From contig JBGTHM010000129.1 of NCBI GenBank assembly GCA_041746255.1, positions 1 to 53,296 on the forward strand: DNA of 53,296 nucleotides, given 5' to 3'. The translations under genes were made by a program, and so were the position numbers. This stretch comes from Fibrobacteria bacterium (lineage in GTDB: Bacteria > Fibrobacterota > Fibrobacteria > UBA11236). The stretch's first letter is position 1; each line of letters starts with the position of its first letter. Below are positions 10,191 to 19,595 of the stretch, piece by piece. The notes below the pieces were generated by a model, which was given only the letters and a program-made list of their open reading frames with translations, did no database searches and was not told the DNA's origin.

Positions 10191-10607
10191 TTAGGAGGCC
10201 TGGCCCTTGATGGCGGAATTCATTTTTTCGAAACCGGCGAATTTGATGGCGTAATTGTAAAGAATCTGGTTTTCCGCCAATTTGGCGGCTTCCATGTCTA
10301 CATCCACATTGTTGATTTCACCCGGCAAAGTGGGGTCTTTAGCTGTGTAGACAAAGGGCTTGATATCCGCCAGACGCTTACCTTTGGTGATGTCCAAATG
10401 TCCGGGCTGGGTGGATTCCCCAGGAACCTTTACCTCCATGGCCTTTTTAAGCTGCTCTTCGAAATTCACTTCTTTACGTTGGTAGCCTGGGGTCATGACA
10501 TTGGCCAGGTTTTGGGCGATGGCCTTGCCCCGCAGCGCTCCGGCATCCAGGCTTTTGTAGACGATTTGGCGCGTAGCGCCTCCGAATAAATAATCGCGGA
10601 TATCCAT
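10191..10607 (-). CDS. flgB: Flagellar basal-body rod protein FlgB
   Basis: IAQNLANVMTPGYQRKEVNF and NNVDVDMEAAKLAENQILY signatures; 138 aa; AGGAGGT RBS. Confidence 0.93.
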   Translation of the reverse strand: MDIRDYLFGGATRQIVYKSLDAGALRGKAIAQNLANVMTPGYQRKEVNFEEQLKKAMEVKVPGESTQPGHLDITKGKRLADIKPFVYTAKDPTLPGEINNVDVDMEAAKLAENQILYNYAIKFAGFEKMNSAIKGQAS

Positions 10608-10631
10608 ACGACCTCCTATACCGGGTGCAAA

Positions 10632-10648
10632 AGCAAAGCTCGGACCAA
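10632..10648 (-). promoter_or_regulatory. sigma54 (-24/-12) promoter of flgB
   Basis: Minus strand TTGGTCCGAGCTTTGCT has GG-N10-GC with TTGC at -12. Predicted +1 near 10621 leaves the RBS inside the transcript. Confidence 0.7.
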
Positions 10649-10696
10649 AGTATCAGGGGCATTTTTGGGCAGAAACGACCTGGGCGTGAGACGCCT

Positions 10697-10744
10697 CCTG
10701 CAAAAACTGCCGGAAAACGATTCGGTTCCGGCAGGTATTTCCGG
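10697..10744. promoter_or_regulatory. Paired pseudo-palindromic sites, candidate enhancer for a sigma54 activator
   Basis: CCTGCAAAAACTGCCGG (10697-10713) and CCGGCAGGTATTTCCGG (10728-10744), each one mismatch from CCGGC-N7-GCCGG, 31 bp apart, centred about 84 and 115 bp upstream of the predicted flgB +1. Confidence 0.55.
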
Positions 10745-10893
10745 TTTGTTTCGTTCTGAAACGAAATGATTCACATTGGCGGACGAAAATTTCGTTATTT
10801 GGGTATCAACTCATTTGTACCCCGATTTTTATCTGAAAAAGGCATTTTGGGTCGGGATTGTTAGGCACCGTCCTTGCTTTGGGAGTGATTACC

Positions 10894-13602
10894 ATGAATG
10901 ACTTTACCCATTTATCCCAACTCAGTCTGCAAAAGGCCCAAGAAATCAAGGATGCGAACGGAAGTCTGGAGTTGACTTCTTTGCATTTGGCGGCTGGATT
11001 ATTACGCGCGGCTTATGATTTCACCGAGCCAATTTTTTCCGGCGCCGGCGTCAATCCCGTCGCTCTAGCTGAGGATTTGGAAGCCGCAGCCGCAAAGCTG
11101 CCCAAGGCTCAGGATGGCCAAGGCGAAGATAGAGTCGCTTCGGACCTTCATCGAGTCTTAAGAGGCGCCAAAAAAATCGCCACCGACCTGGGAGACAGCT
11201 TCGTTACCATTGAACATATCCTCCTGGCGTTGGTGGAAAAGTCGGAAATGTTCGATTTAAAAAGCATTTTCGAAAAACACCGGTTACAACCCGTAAAATT
11301 AAAGGAATCCATCATGAATAATAGAGAATCGGGAGAAGGACGGGGACCCGGCGCCGCCCATAGCGCCAATGCTGAAAATGAATACCGGGTTCTGGAAAAA
11401 TACGGGACGGAGCTGGTGAGCCAGGCCCGCGAAGGAAAACTCGATCCGGTTATCGGTCGGGAAGAAGAAATCCGACGGGTGATCCGTATCCTTTCCCGCA
11501 AAACCAAGAACAACCCCGTTCTGGTTGGGGAGCCCGGCGTCGGTAAAACCGCGATTGTCGAAGGGTTGGCTCAACGTATCGTACGCGGCGACGTGCCCGA
11601 ATCATTGAAGGGAAAGAAGGTATACAGCCTCGACATGGGTAGCCTCATCGCCGGCGCCAAATACCGAGGGGAGTTCGAAGAACGCCTCAAGGCGGTACTG
11701 AACGAATTGGAAAAGGACAAAGGAAATACCCTTCTCTTCATCGATGAAATCCACAATATCGTCGGGGCCGGTAAGGCCGAGGGCTCGATGGACGTGGGTA
11801 ATTTGCTCAAGCCCAAATTGGCGCGTGGGGAATTGCATTGCATTGGTGCGACCACTTTGAACGAGTACAAGCAGCATATCGAAAAGGACGCTGCCTTGGA
11901 AAGGCGCTTTCAGCCCGTGCATGTCAACGAGCCGAGCGTGGATGACACCATCTCCATTTTACGGGGAATCAAGGAGCGATTCGATCGCCATCACGGCGTA
12001 CGCATACAGGACAATGCCATCGTGGCGGCGGCCAAACTTTCGCATCGCTACATCGCCGACCGGTTTTTACCCGATAAAGCCATCGACCTCATCGACGAGG
12101 CCGGCGCCATGGTAAAAACCCAGATGGATACCATGCCCGAAGAATTGGATTCGCTCAGCCGCAAGCTGTTGCAATTGCAAATCGAGGAAAAGGCGCTTAA
12201 GAAGGAGAAAGACGAACCGAGTAAAAAGCGGCTGCAAGGTCTGCAAGGCGAAATCCAAAGCTTGAACGAACAGGTTACCGCATTACAAAGACAATGGGAA
12301 GCGCGTTTACGGCAAATCGAAGTGGTACGCGGAGTACAATCCGAAGTGGATCGCATCAAACAGGATGTCGAAAGGGCCGAATCGGAATATGATTTGACCC
12401 GGGCGGCGGAGCTTAAATACAAAACTTTGCGCGAGGCGGAAAAACGCTTGGAGGCGGCGAGAATGGAAGCTGCCAAAGCCAACCAAGTGGGAGGCATGGA
12501 ATTCCACGAGGAAGTGACCGAAGAAGAAGTAGCCGAAGTGGTTTCCAGGTGGACCGGAATTCCCGTGAATCGGCTTAAAGAAGAGGAGAAAGATAAGCTG
12601 CTCAACTTGCCATCCCATTTAGGCAAGCGGGTGGTAGGTCAAGTAGAGGCCATTGAAGCTCTAAGCAATGCGATTTTACGAAATCGCGCGGGATTGGCGC
12701 GGGAAAACCGCCCCATCGGCAGCTTTTTATTCCTGGGGCCCACCGGCGTAGGTAAAACCGAAGTGACCAAGGCTTTGGCCGAATTCATTTTCGACAATGA
12801 AAATTACGTGGTTCGTCTCGACATGAGTGAATACATGGAAAGGCACGCGGTGGCCCGCCTTATCGGCGCGCCTCCGGGATATGTCGGCTATGAGGAAGGC
12901 GGACAGCTTACCGAGGCCGTGCGTCGCCAACCTTATTCCGTCATTCTTTTCGATGAGGTGGAAAAGGCGCATCCCGATGTGTTTAATATTTTATTGCAGG
13001 TCTTGGACGATGGCCGGCTCACCGATTCGCAGGGCCGGACGGTAAGTTTCAGAAATACCGTCATCGTTATGACATCCAACATCGGTTCTCAGAAGTTCCA
13101 GCAGGGAGTGCATGTGACTCCCGGTGAATTGATGCCTGAAATTCAAAAATACTTCCGACCGGAATTCATCAACCGTATCGACGAAATCATTACCTTCCAA
13201 TCCCTCACCATGGAGGAATTGGTTCCCATCGCGAGGCTTCGCTTCGTGGATTTGGCCAAGCGGCTGCGGGAGCGGAATATTTCCGCGGAGATTACCGACG
13301 TGGCGGCGGAGGCTTTGGCGCACTTGTCCTATAACCCCCAATTCGGAGCGCGTCCCATCAACCGCTTTATCCAGACGCGGCTGGAAAACCCGCTCAGCAA
13401 GCTCATCATCTCCGGTCAGCTTAAGAGTGGATATCACCTGACCATCGACTTCAAGGATGAAGAGTTCACTTTTCATGCCGTGCCGGTAGTCGAAGAGGGC
13501 GGGAACGGGGGTGACGGCGGAGGTAAAAGCGCGGGTCCCGAAGATTTTTCGGAAGGCGAGGTGGAAGATGCCGTTTTCCACGATTTACATGACTCCGAAT
13601 AG
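10894..13602 (+). CDS. clpB: ATP-dependent disaggregase ClpB
   Basis: Clp N-domain, two AAA+ modules ([16 protein letters not shown]), KYRG and GYVG pore loops, long coiled-coil middle domain, no IGF ClpP-docking loop. Start placed at ATG 10894 after GGGAG (track starts at 10858). Confidence 0.93.
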   Translation: MNDFTHLSQLSLQKAQEIKDANGSLELTSLHLAAGLLRAAYDFTEPIFSGAGVNPVALAEDLEAAAAKLPKAQDGQGEDRVASDLHRVLRGAKKIATDLGDSFVTIEHILLALVEKSEMFDLKSIFEKHRLQPVKLKESIMNNRESGEGRGPGAAHSANAENEYRVLEKYGTELVSQAREGKLDPVIGREEEIRRVIRILSRKTKNNPVLVGEPGVGKTAIVEGLAQRIVRGDVPESLKGKKVYSLDMGSLIAGAKYRGEFEERLKAVLNELEKDKGNTLLFIDEIHNIVGAGKAEGSMDVGNLLKPKLARGELHCIGATTLNEYKQHIEKDAALERRFQPVHVNEPSVDDTISILRGIKERFDRHHGVRIQDNAIVAAAKLSHRYIADRFLPDKAIDLIDEAGAMVKTQMDTMPEELDSLSRKLLQLQIEEKALKKEKDEPSKKRLQGLQGEIQSLNEQVTALQRQWEARLRQIEVVRGVQSEVDRIKQDVERAESEYDLTRAAELKYKTLREAEKRLEAARMEAAKANQVGGMEFHEEVTEEEVAEVVSRWTGIPVNRLKEEEKDKLLNLPSHLGKRVVGQVEAIEALSNAILRNRAGLARENRPIGSFLFLGPTGVGKTEVTKALAEFIFDNENYVVRLDMSEYMERHAVARLIGAPPGYVGYEEGGQLTEAVRRQPYSVILFDEVEKAHPDVFNILLQVLDDGRLTDSQGRTVSFRNTVIVMTSNIGSQKFQQGVHVTPGELMPEIQKYFRPEFINRIDEIITFQSLTMEELVPIARLRFVDLAKRLRERNISAEITDVAAEALAHLSYNPQFGARPINRFIQTRLENPLSKLIISGQLKSGYHLTIDFKDEEFTFHAVPVVEEGGNGGDGGGKSAGPEDFSEGEVEDAVFHDLHDSE

Positions 13603-13651
13603 GTTGTCCTGTTGACTCCGGTAGTACCCATAAACTAAATTCCTAACATCG

Positions 13652-13678
13652 AAAAAGGGCCGATTTTCGGCTCTTTTT
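13652..13678 (+). terminator. Intrinsic terminator after clpB
   Basis: AAAAAGGGCCGA-TTT-TCGGCTCTTTTT: GC stem followed by a T-run, about 50 nt after the stop. Confidence 0.7.
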
Positions 13679-13742
13679 GCCACGTATTCGCGCAACGATT
13701 CCTCGTTGCGCGCATTTCCGGGAACAAAAGGAGTATTCGCTC

Positions 13743-14984
13743 ATGGCATTAAAGAATTTTGAACCCCAATTCATGAAACTCGGCGTTTTGACCGCAGCTT
13801 TACAAGAACTTACGCCCCGCAATAAACGCGATCCCGATCCCGATTTGGCCATTGAAGAATGGCTGGGCTTCGCACGTGAAATCGGCAGCGATTATATCCA
13901 ATTGTCGACGGCTCTGCATCCGAGCGAATCCGACGTACCGGAAGAAGCCATGTTGGACCCCGTGGCCAACACCCTCGATTTGCGGAAACCCTTCGACAAA
14001 GAGCGCGCGAAGCGGGTTCTCAAGGCGATGGAGACCACCAAGGTAGGCCTATCGGACATCTCCTATTTCGACAATATGCTGGTCAGCGACCCGGTCGAGA
14101 GGAAGAAGAAAATCGACTTCATGCTCAAGGCTTTCGATGCGGCGGCGTTACTGGGCTGCGATGCCATATGCGGATTCATCGGTAAAAATTACTCACTGAG
14201 TATGGATCAGAATCTTGACGACTTCGAGCGCACCTTTATCCCCCTGCTCAAGGAAGCCAAGGCCCGGGGCCTGTCCTTTCGCGTGGAACAATGCCCCATG
14301 CCCGGATGGACTCCCTTGGATAGCTGGCATAATAATATCGGCTATACTCCCGCAGCTTGGATTGCTTTGCACCGGATTTGCGAGAAGCACGGTTTGGGCG
14401 ACCAACTCCGTGTGCATTACGATCCCTCGCATGCCATTCTCATGGGCCAGGATACTCGCTCCATTTTCCAATACCTTAAAGACGAAGGATACGGATTTTT
14501 GGTCGGGGGCTTTCACGTCAAAGGCCAGGTGGTCGACTCCAAAGGCGTAACGGCTTGGGGCTATGGCGGTCAAACCATGCAAAGAGGCGATTGGAAAAAC
14601 GGTCAAATCTCTCCCAACCCCGCCGATCTCATCAACTCCTGGAAAAAACAAGTGGTGCTTTGCGAACACGAGCTTCCGGGAACCGCCAAGCACGACCCCC
14701 TGGCTTATTTGCAGAATCGTACGGTGGACTGGCTGGACCATCAATTGGCTGCTCGCGAATTGCTGGACTTGGACGTCGCCAACACCCACCTGGTCGTGGA
14801 ACATGAGTATCCCCGGGCCCGCATTCAGGACAAAGAAAAACTCAAGCCGATCTTGGCGGGTTCTTTAGCCTTTACCCGAAAAATCGACGAGGCGGCGGCC
14901 TGCATGTTCGCTTTACAGAACGAAGTGCTCAAAGCACAGGGTATCCCCGTGCAGGGAATCGGCCGCGAAGCCTATCGTAGTTGA
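13743..14984 (+). CDS. Sugar phosphate isomerase/epimerase family (xylose-isomerase-like TIM barrel)
   Basis: Metal-site motifs [18 protein letters not shown] and VEHE. ATG 13743 follows AAGGAG. Confidence 0.8.
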   Translation: MALKNFEPQFMKLGVLTAALQELTPRNKRDPDPDLAIEEWLGFAREIGSDYIQLSTALHPSESDVPEEAMLDPVANTLDLRKPFDKERAKRVLKAMETTKVGLSDISYFDNMLVSDPVERKKKIDFMLKAFDAAALLGCDAICGFIGKNYSLSMDQNLDDFERTFIPLLKEAKARGLSFRVEQCPMPGWTPLDSWHNNIGYTPAAWIALHRICEKHGLGDQLRVHYDPSHAILMGQDTRSIFQYLKDEGYGFLVGGFHVKGQVVDSKGVTAWGYGGQTMQRGDWKNGQISPNPADLINSWKKQVVLCEHELPGTAKHDPLAYLQNRTVDWLDHQLAARELLDLDVANTHLVVEHEYPRARIQDKEKLKPILAGSLAFTRKIDEAAACMFALQNEVLKAQGIPVQGIGREAYRS

Positions 14985-15022
14985 TGAGTTGAGCCGGAAA
15001 CTTTAACAGGAGATTACGGAAA

Positions 15023-16174
15023 ATGCCACAAGACATCAACAGCAGGAAATTGCGCGCGGGCATCGTAGGCGGAGGATCCGGCGCATTTATCGGAACGGTG
15101 CATCGCATGGCGAGCGGCATCGACGGACAAATCGAAATCGTGGCGGGCGCCATGTCTTCGGACCCCGCAAGGGCCCGGGAGTCCGCGCAAGCCTGGTTCT
15201 TGAACCGAAGCTACGATTCCTTCCAGGAGATGGCGAAAGCCGAAGCCGCCCGCGAAGACGGTATTGATTTCGTGATGATTACCACGCCCAATAACATGCA
15301 CTTTCCCGTGGCGAAAGCTTTTTTGGATCAAGGTATTCATGTGGTATGCGACAAACCCATGACCTTCACCTTGGAAGAGTCCCAAGAATTGGTCAAGCTG
15401 GTCGAGAGCAAGAAAGTGGTTTTCGCCCTGACGCATAATTATACGGGCTATCCCGCGGTGCGACAGGCGCGCGAGATGGTTCAAAAGGGCGAAATCGGCG
15501 AGGTGCGAAAAGTACTGGTGGAATACCTCCAGGACTGGCTGATGGACCCTCTGGAAAATTCCGGTCAGAAGCAGGCAGCCTGGCGTACCGACCCCAAGCG
15601 CGCGGGTATTTCCAATTGCGTGGGCGATATCGGAACCCATGGTGAAAACCTGCTGGAGTTCATTACCGGCGAAAGCATTACTTCCGTTTGCGCGGACTTC
15701 ACGAGTTTTGTCAAGGGACGTCAACTTGAAGACGATGCCAACATCCTGCTCCGTCTCAAAAAAGGGGGTAAGGGGATTTTAACTTGTTCGCAGGTCGCCT
15801 GTGGTGAAGAGAATAACCTCAATATCCGCATTTACGGTTCCAAGGCCGGATTGGAGTGGCGCCAACAAGAGCCCAATACGCTCTATGTGAAGCTGGCTGG
15901 GGCGCCCTGGCAGGTGCTGCGTACCGGCCGTCCCGGGATGGGAGAGGCGGCGACTGCCGCATCCCGCCTACCTTCGGGCCATCCCGAGGGATACTTGGAA
16001 GCGTTTGCCTATATCTATAAGTTGGCGGCCGAAGATATCCGTCGGGTGAAAAGCGGGAAAGCGCTCCAGGGCGGATATCCTACCGTTCGTGATGGCTTGC
16101 GCGGCATGCAATTCGTGGTGAAAACCGTGGAAAGCGCCAAAAAAGGCGCGACCTGGGTGGAAATCCCCCGCTAG
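15023..16174 (+). CDS. Gfo/Idh/MocA family NAD(P)-dependent oxidoreductase
   Basis: GIVGGG Rossmann start, TPNNMH, HVVCDKP and GDIGTH motifs; AGGAG RBS. Confidence 0.92.
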   Translation: MPQDINSRKLRAGIVGGGSGAFIGTVHRMASGIDGQIEIVAGAMSSDPARARESAQAWFLNRSYDSFQEMAKAEAAREDGIDFVMITTPNNMHFPVAKAFLDQGIHVVCDKPMTFTLEESQELVKLVESKKVVFALTHNYTGYPAVRQAREMVQKGEIGEVRKVLVEYLQDWLMDPLENSGQKQAAWRTDPKRAGISNCVGDIGTHGENLLEFITGESITSVCADFTSFVKGRQLEDDANILLRLKKGGKGILTCSQVACGEENNLNIRIYGSKAGLEWRQQEPNTLYVKLAGAPWQVLRTGRPGMGEAATAASRLPSGHPEGYLEAFAYIYKLAAEDIRRVKSGKALQGGYPTVRDGLRGMQFVVKTVESAKKGATWVEIPR

Positions 16175-16177
16175 GTT

Positions 16178-16516
16178 TCAACGGGGTAGCTTTTCGATTT
16201 TAGCGGCCAAGATAAAATCGCTTTCCGTTAAACCTTCGATTTTGTGGGTAAAAAGGCGGATTTCCACCTTGCCCCAGGCGAGGTAAATATCGGGATGGTG
16301 GCCTTGCTGTTCGGCGAGCTCGCCGATGCGATTGGTGAAAGCCAGGGCTTCGGCAAAATCTTTGAATCCGAATTCTTTCCGCAAGTGGTGCTCGTTTTCC
16401 ACCTCCCAACCGCTCCCCAGGTCGTCCCACCACATTCTCAATTTATCGCCTTGTAAGGGAGGAATGCCTCCCTTGCAGGGCACACATTCCTGTTTCGCTA
16501 ATGTATCGAGGCTCAT
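16178..16516 (-). CDS. phhB: Pterin-4a-carbinolamine dehydratase
   Basis: CVPCKGG, GHHPDI, FTHKIEGLTESDFILAAKI. Start set at MSLD after AAGGAG. Confidence 0.9.
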   Translation of the reverse strand: MSLDTLAKQECVPCKGGIPPLQGDKLRMWWDDLGSGWEVENEHHLRKEFGFKDFAEALAFTNRIGELAEQQGHHPDIYLAWGKVEIRLFTHKIEGLTESDFILAAKIEKLPR

Positions 16517-16581
16517 AATCATTCTCCTTCGGAGACAGGGTGTCTTTAAAAAATTAACTTTTCCGCGCATCAGGAGGTGGA

Positions 16582-17808
16582 ATGAGTAAAGTGTTGTTAA
16601 TCGGTACGGGCGGAGTGGGGGGTGTGGTCGCCCACAAAATCAGTCAGGCCCCCGAAGTTTTTTCCGAGCTGCATTTGGCCAGCCGCACGGTGGAAAAATG
16701 CGAGAACATCAAAAGGCAAATCGAAAAGCGGCGCTCCTTTCCCATCGGCACGTCAAAAGTCGATGCGGATAACCCCCGTGAAACCGCCGAACTCATCCGG
16801 CAGGTAAAGCCCAAACTGGTAATCAATACGGCGCTTCCCTATCAGGATTTGTCCATTATGGAAGCCTGCTTGCAAACCGGCGTCGACTACCTCGATACGG
16901 CCAATTACGAGCCGCCCAACGAGGCGAAGTTCGAATACAAATGGCAGTGGGACCTTCAGGACAGGTTCAAGGAAAAAGGCTTGATGGCTTTATTGGGATG
17001 CGGATTTGATCCCGGGGTGACCAATATTTTCTGCGCCCATGCGCAAAAGGAGCATTTCGACGAAATCCATACCATCGATATCATGGATGCCAATGCCGGT
17101 AATCATGGGATGGCCTTCGCGACCAATTTCAATCCTGAAATCAATATCCGCGAAGTTACCGCGCCGGGACGCTACTGGGAAAACGGCAAGTGGATTACCA
17201 CCGAGCCCTTGTCGGAACACAAGACCTGGAATTTTCCGGAAATCGGCCCCTTGGAAATGTACCTCATGTATCATGAGGAATTGGAATCGTTGGTCAAGAA
17301 CATCAAGGGATTGAAACGCATCCGGTTTTGGATGACCTTTTCCCAAAACTACCTGAACCACTTGCGCGTATTGCAGAACGTGGGCATGACTTCCATCGAC
17401 CCGATTGAGTTCCAGGGACAGAAAATCGTTCCTTTGCAATTCCTGAAGGCATTGCTTCCTGACCCCTCCAGTTTGGGACCCAAAACCCAGGGTAAAACCA
17501 ATATTGGTTGCCTGATAACCGGGGTGGAAAAGGGAATTCCGAAAAAAGTCTATATCTATAATGTCTGCGATCACCAGCAAGCTTATGAGGATACCGAATC
17601 GCAGGCCATTTCCTATACCACCGGCGTTCCCGCCATGATAGGCGCGAAGATGATGCTGGAAGGAAAGTGGCGGGGCCAGGGCGTTTTCAACGTGGAAGAA
17701 TTCGACCCCACTCCATTTATGAACGAACTTTTAGTGCGTGGGCTGCCGTGGACCGAAGAGGTGTACTACGGCGAGCAAGCGAAGAGGGAGAGTGCGCTGG
17801 CGCTGTGA
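16582..17808 (+). CDS. Carboxy(nor)spermidine dehydrogenase (saccharopine dehydrogenase family)
   Basis: IGTGGVG, DYLDTANYEP, GCGFDPGVTN, FATNFNPEINIRE and HEELESL motifs; nspC nearby. Confidence 0.9.
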   Translation: MSKVLLIGTGGVGGVVAHKISQAPEVFSELHLASRTVEKCENIKRQIEKRRSFPIGTSKVDADNPRETAELIRQVKPKLVINTALPYQDLSIMEACLQTGVDYLDTANYEPPNEAKFEYKWQWDLQDRFKEKGLMALLGCGFDPGVTNIFCAHAQKEHFDEIHTIDIMDANAGNHGMAFATNFNPEINIREVTAPGRYWENGKWITTEPLSEHKTWNFPEIGPLEMYLMYHEELESLVKNIKGLKRIRFWMTFSQNYLNHLRVLQNVGMTSIDPIEFQGQKIVPLQFLKALLPDPSSLGPKTQGKTNIGCLITGVEKGIPKKVYIYNVCDHQQAYEDTESQAISYTTGVPAMIGAKMMLEGKWRGQGVFNVEEFDPTPFMNELLVRGLPWTEEVYYGEQAKRESALAL

Positions 17809-17881
17809 ATGCCGGAGCGAAAAAATATACGCCGAGCGGTAATTCCTCCCGGCGCGTATTGGAGATAGGGAGATAGAAAAG

Positions 17882-18325
17882 TCAGGATCCGGGCGAACGC
17901 AGCATTTTTTCGACTTCGGCCAAATGGCTTTCTTCCAGGGCGATTTGAGTACGGCAATATTCTTCCAGGCCAATGGCCTTATCCTGGACGAGTTCCAATA
18001 ATTCCCGGTATAAGGTCAAGCCGGCTTTTTCATGCTCCATGGATTCTTTGAGAATGTCTCCGATATTATGCCGATGGGTTTCCAGCAAAGGGCCCACGGC
18101 CAGCGAAGGATGTTCGCCGAGCGTGGTAATCCATTCACCGGCCAATTCCGCATGGGTCAAGCCTTCCTTGGCTTGGTCGCGCAACCAGGAGACGATGGGA
18201 ATGCGGTTGAAACCGTAAACCATCAGTGAATAATGCGTGTAGTGAACCACCCCGGCCAATTCCATTTCCAGGATTCGGTTGAGTTTTTCCACTACCTTTT
18301 GTTTATCGATTGCTTTTATGGTCAT
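17882..18325 (-). CDS. Ferritin-like / bacterioferritin-like di-iron protein
   Basis: LNRILEMELAGVVHY, EGLTHA, EHEKAG and EESH helices. No Met at the canonical Bfr heme position. Start MTIK after GGAGG. Confidence 0.8.
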   Translation of the reverse strand: MTIKAIDKQKVVEKLNRILEMELAGVVHYTHYSLMVYGFNRIPIVSWLRDQAKEGLTHAELAGEWITTLGEHPSLAVGPLLETHRHNIGDILKESMEHEKAGLTLYRELLELVQDKAIGLEEYCRTQIALEESHLAEVEKMLRSPGS

Positions 18326-18447
18326 GAGACCCTCCATTGGGAACGTACGGGCGAATTCAATTTCCAGAGAATGTATGAAAATGGCCAAGGCATGCAAACA
18401 AATTCCAAGACGCTGGAGCGTTCAGGTCAAAATAGAAGCGAGGACTG

Positions 18448-19587
18448 ATGCAACCTATTGATCTCACCCAGGTTCCCACCCCGGCTTATGTGCTGCAAGA
18501 GGCGCTCCTCAAGCGAAACCTGGCCGTTTTGGACAGGGTACAGCGTGAATCCGGGGCTAAAATTATTTTGGCCCTCAAGGGGTTCGCCTTTTGGAGCGCC
18601 TTTCCCTGGGTTCGCGAAGTATTGCATGGCGCGACGGCCAGTTCATTGCATGAGGCACGGCTGGCCCGCGAAGAAATGCGTAAGGAGGTGCATGTGTATG
18701 CGGTGGCCTACAAGGACGACGAAATTGCAGAGATCCTTTCCCTGGCCGATCATGTCATTTTCAACAGTTTCAGCCAATGGCGACGTTTCCGCCCGGTGGT
18801 GGAAAAGTCGCAGCGAAAAATTGCCTGCGGGATTCGGGTGAATCCCCAATATTCGGAAGTCAAAACCCCCTTGTATGATCCCTGTTACCGGTTCTCGCGC
18901 CTCGGGGTTACGCAAGAGCAGTTTCGCGAGGAGGAGTTGGGAGGAATTTCAGGGCTGCACTTTCATTCCCATTGCGGTAACAATAGCGATGCCCTTGAGC
19001 GCGGAGTCAAGGTTTTCGAGGAACGCTTCGGTTCCTTTCTTCCCAAAATGAAATGGGTGAATTTTGGCGGCGGCCATCATATCACTCGCGCCGATTACGA
19101 CGTGGATAGGCTGATACGGGTGGTGAAGGCCTTTCGCGAAAAATGGGGCGTCGACGTTTATATCGAGCCGGGCGAAGCGGTGGGCTGGCAAACCGGACCG
19201 TTGGTTTCGTCGGTGGTGGATATCGTGCACAATGAAATGGATATCGTGATACTGGATACCTCGGCTTCGGCGCATATGCCGGACGTCTTGGAAATGCCTT
19301 ATCGGCCCGAAGTGCGCGGCGCAGCGGAAGCAGGCATGTTACCGCATACATATCGTCTGACGGGCCTCACCTGTTTGGCCGGGGATGTGGTGGGCGATTA
19401 TAGTTTCGCTCAGCCGCTTAATGTGGGAGATAAGGTGGTGTTCGAAGATATGATCCACTATACCATCGTGAAGAACACCACTTTTAACGGGGTGCAACTG
19501 CCTTCTTTGGCGATATGGACGGAGCAGGGTGAACTGAAAGTCGTACGGCGTTTCGGATACGAGGACTATAAAAACCGGAACTCGTAG
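18448..19587 (+). CDS. nspC: Carboxynorspermidine decarboxylase
   Basis: LALKGF (PLP lysine), YDPC, GLHFH, NFGGGHHITR, EPGEA, HMPDVLEMPYRP and CLAGD. Confidence 0.95.
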   Translation: MQPIDLTQVPTPAYVLQEALLKRNLAVLDRVQRESGAKIILALKGFAFWSAFPWVREVLHGATASSLHEARLAREEMRKEVHVYAVAYKDDEIAEILSLADHVIFNSFSQWRRFRPVVEKSQRKIACGIRVNPQYSEVKTPLYDPCYRFSRLGVTQEQFREEELGGISGLHFHSHCGNNSDALERGVKVFEERFGSFLPKMKWVNFGGGHHITRADYDVDRLIRVVKAFREKWGVDVYIEPGEAVGWQTGPLVSSVVDIVHNEMDIVILDTSASAHMPDVLEMPYRPEVRGAAEAGMLPHTYRLTGLTCLAGDVVGDYSFAQPLNVGDKVVFEDMIHYTIVKNTTFNGVQLPSLAIWTEQGELKVVRRFGYEDYKNRNS

Positions 19588-19595
19588 GAGCCAGG

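Noticed and set aside
10861..10891. CIRCE (HrcA) operator before clpB
   Set aside because: TTAGGCACC and GAGTGATTA resemble the arms, but the spacing is not 9 nt and both arms have mismatches.
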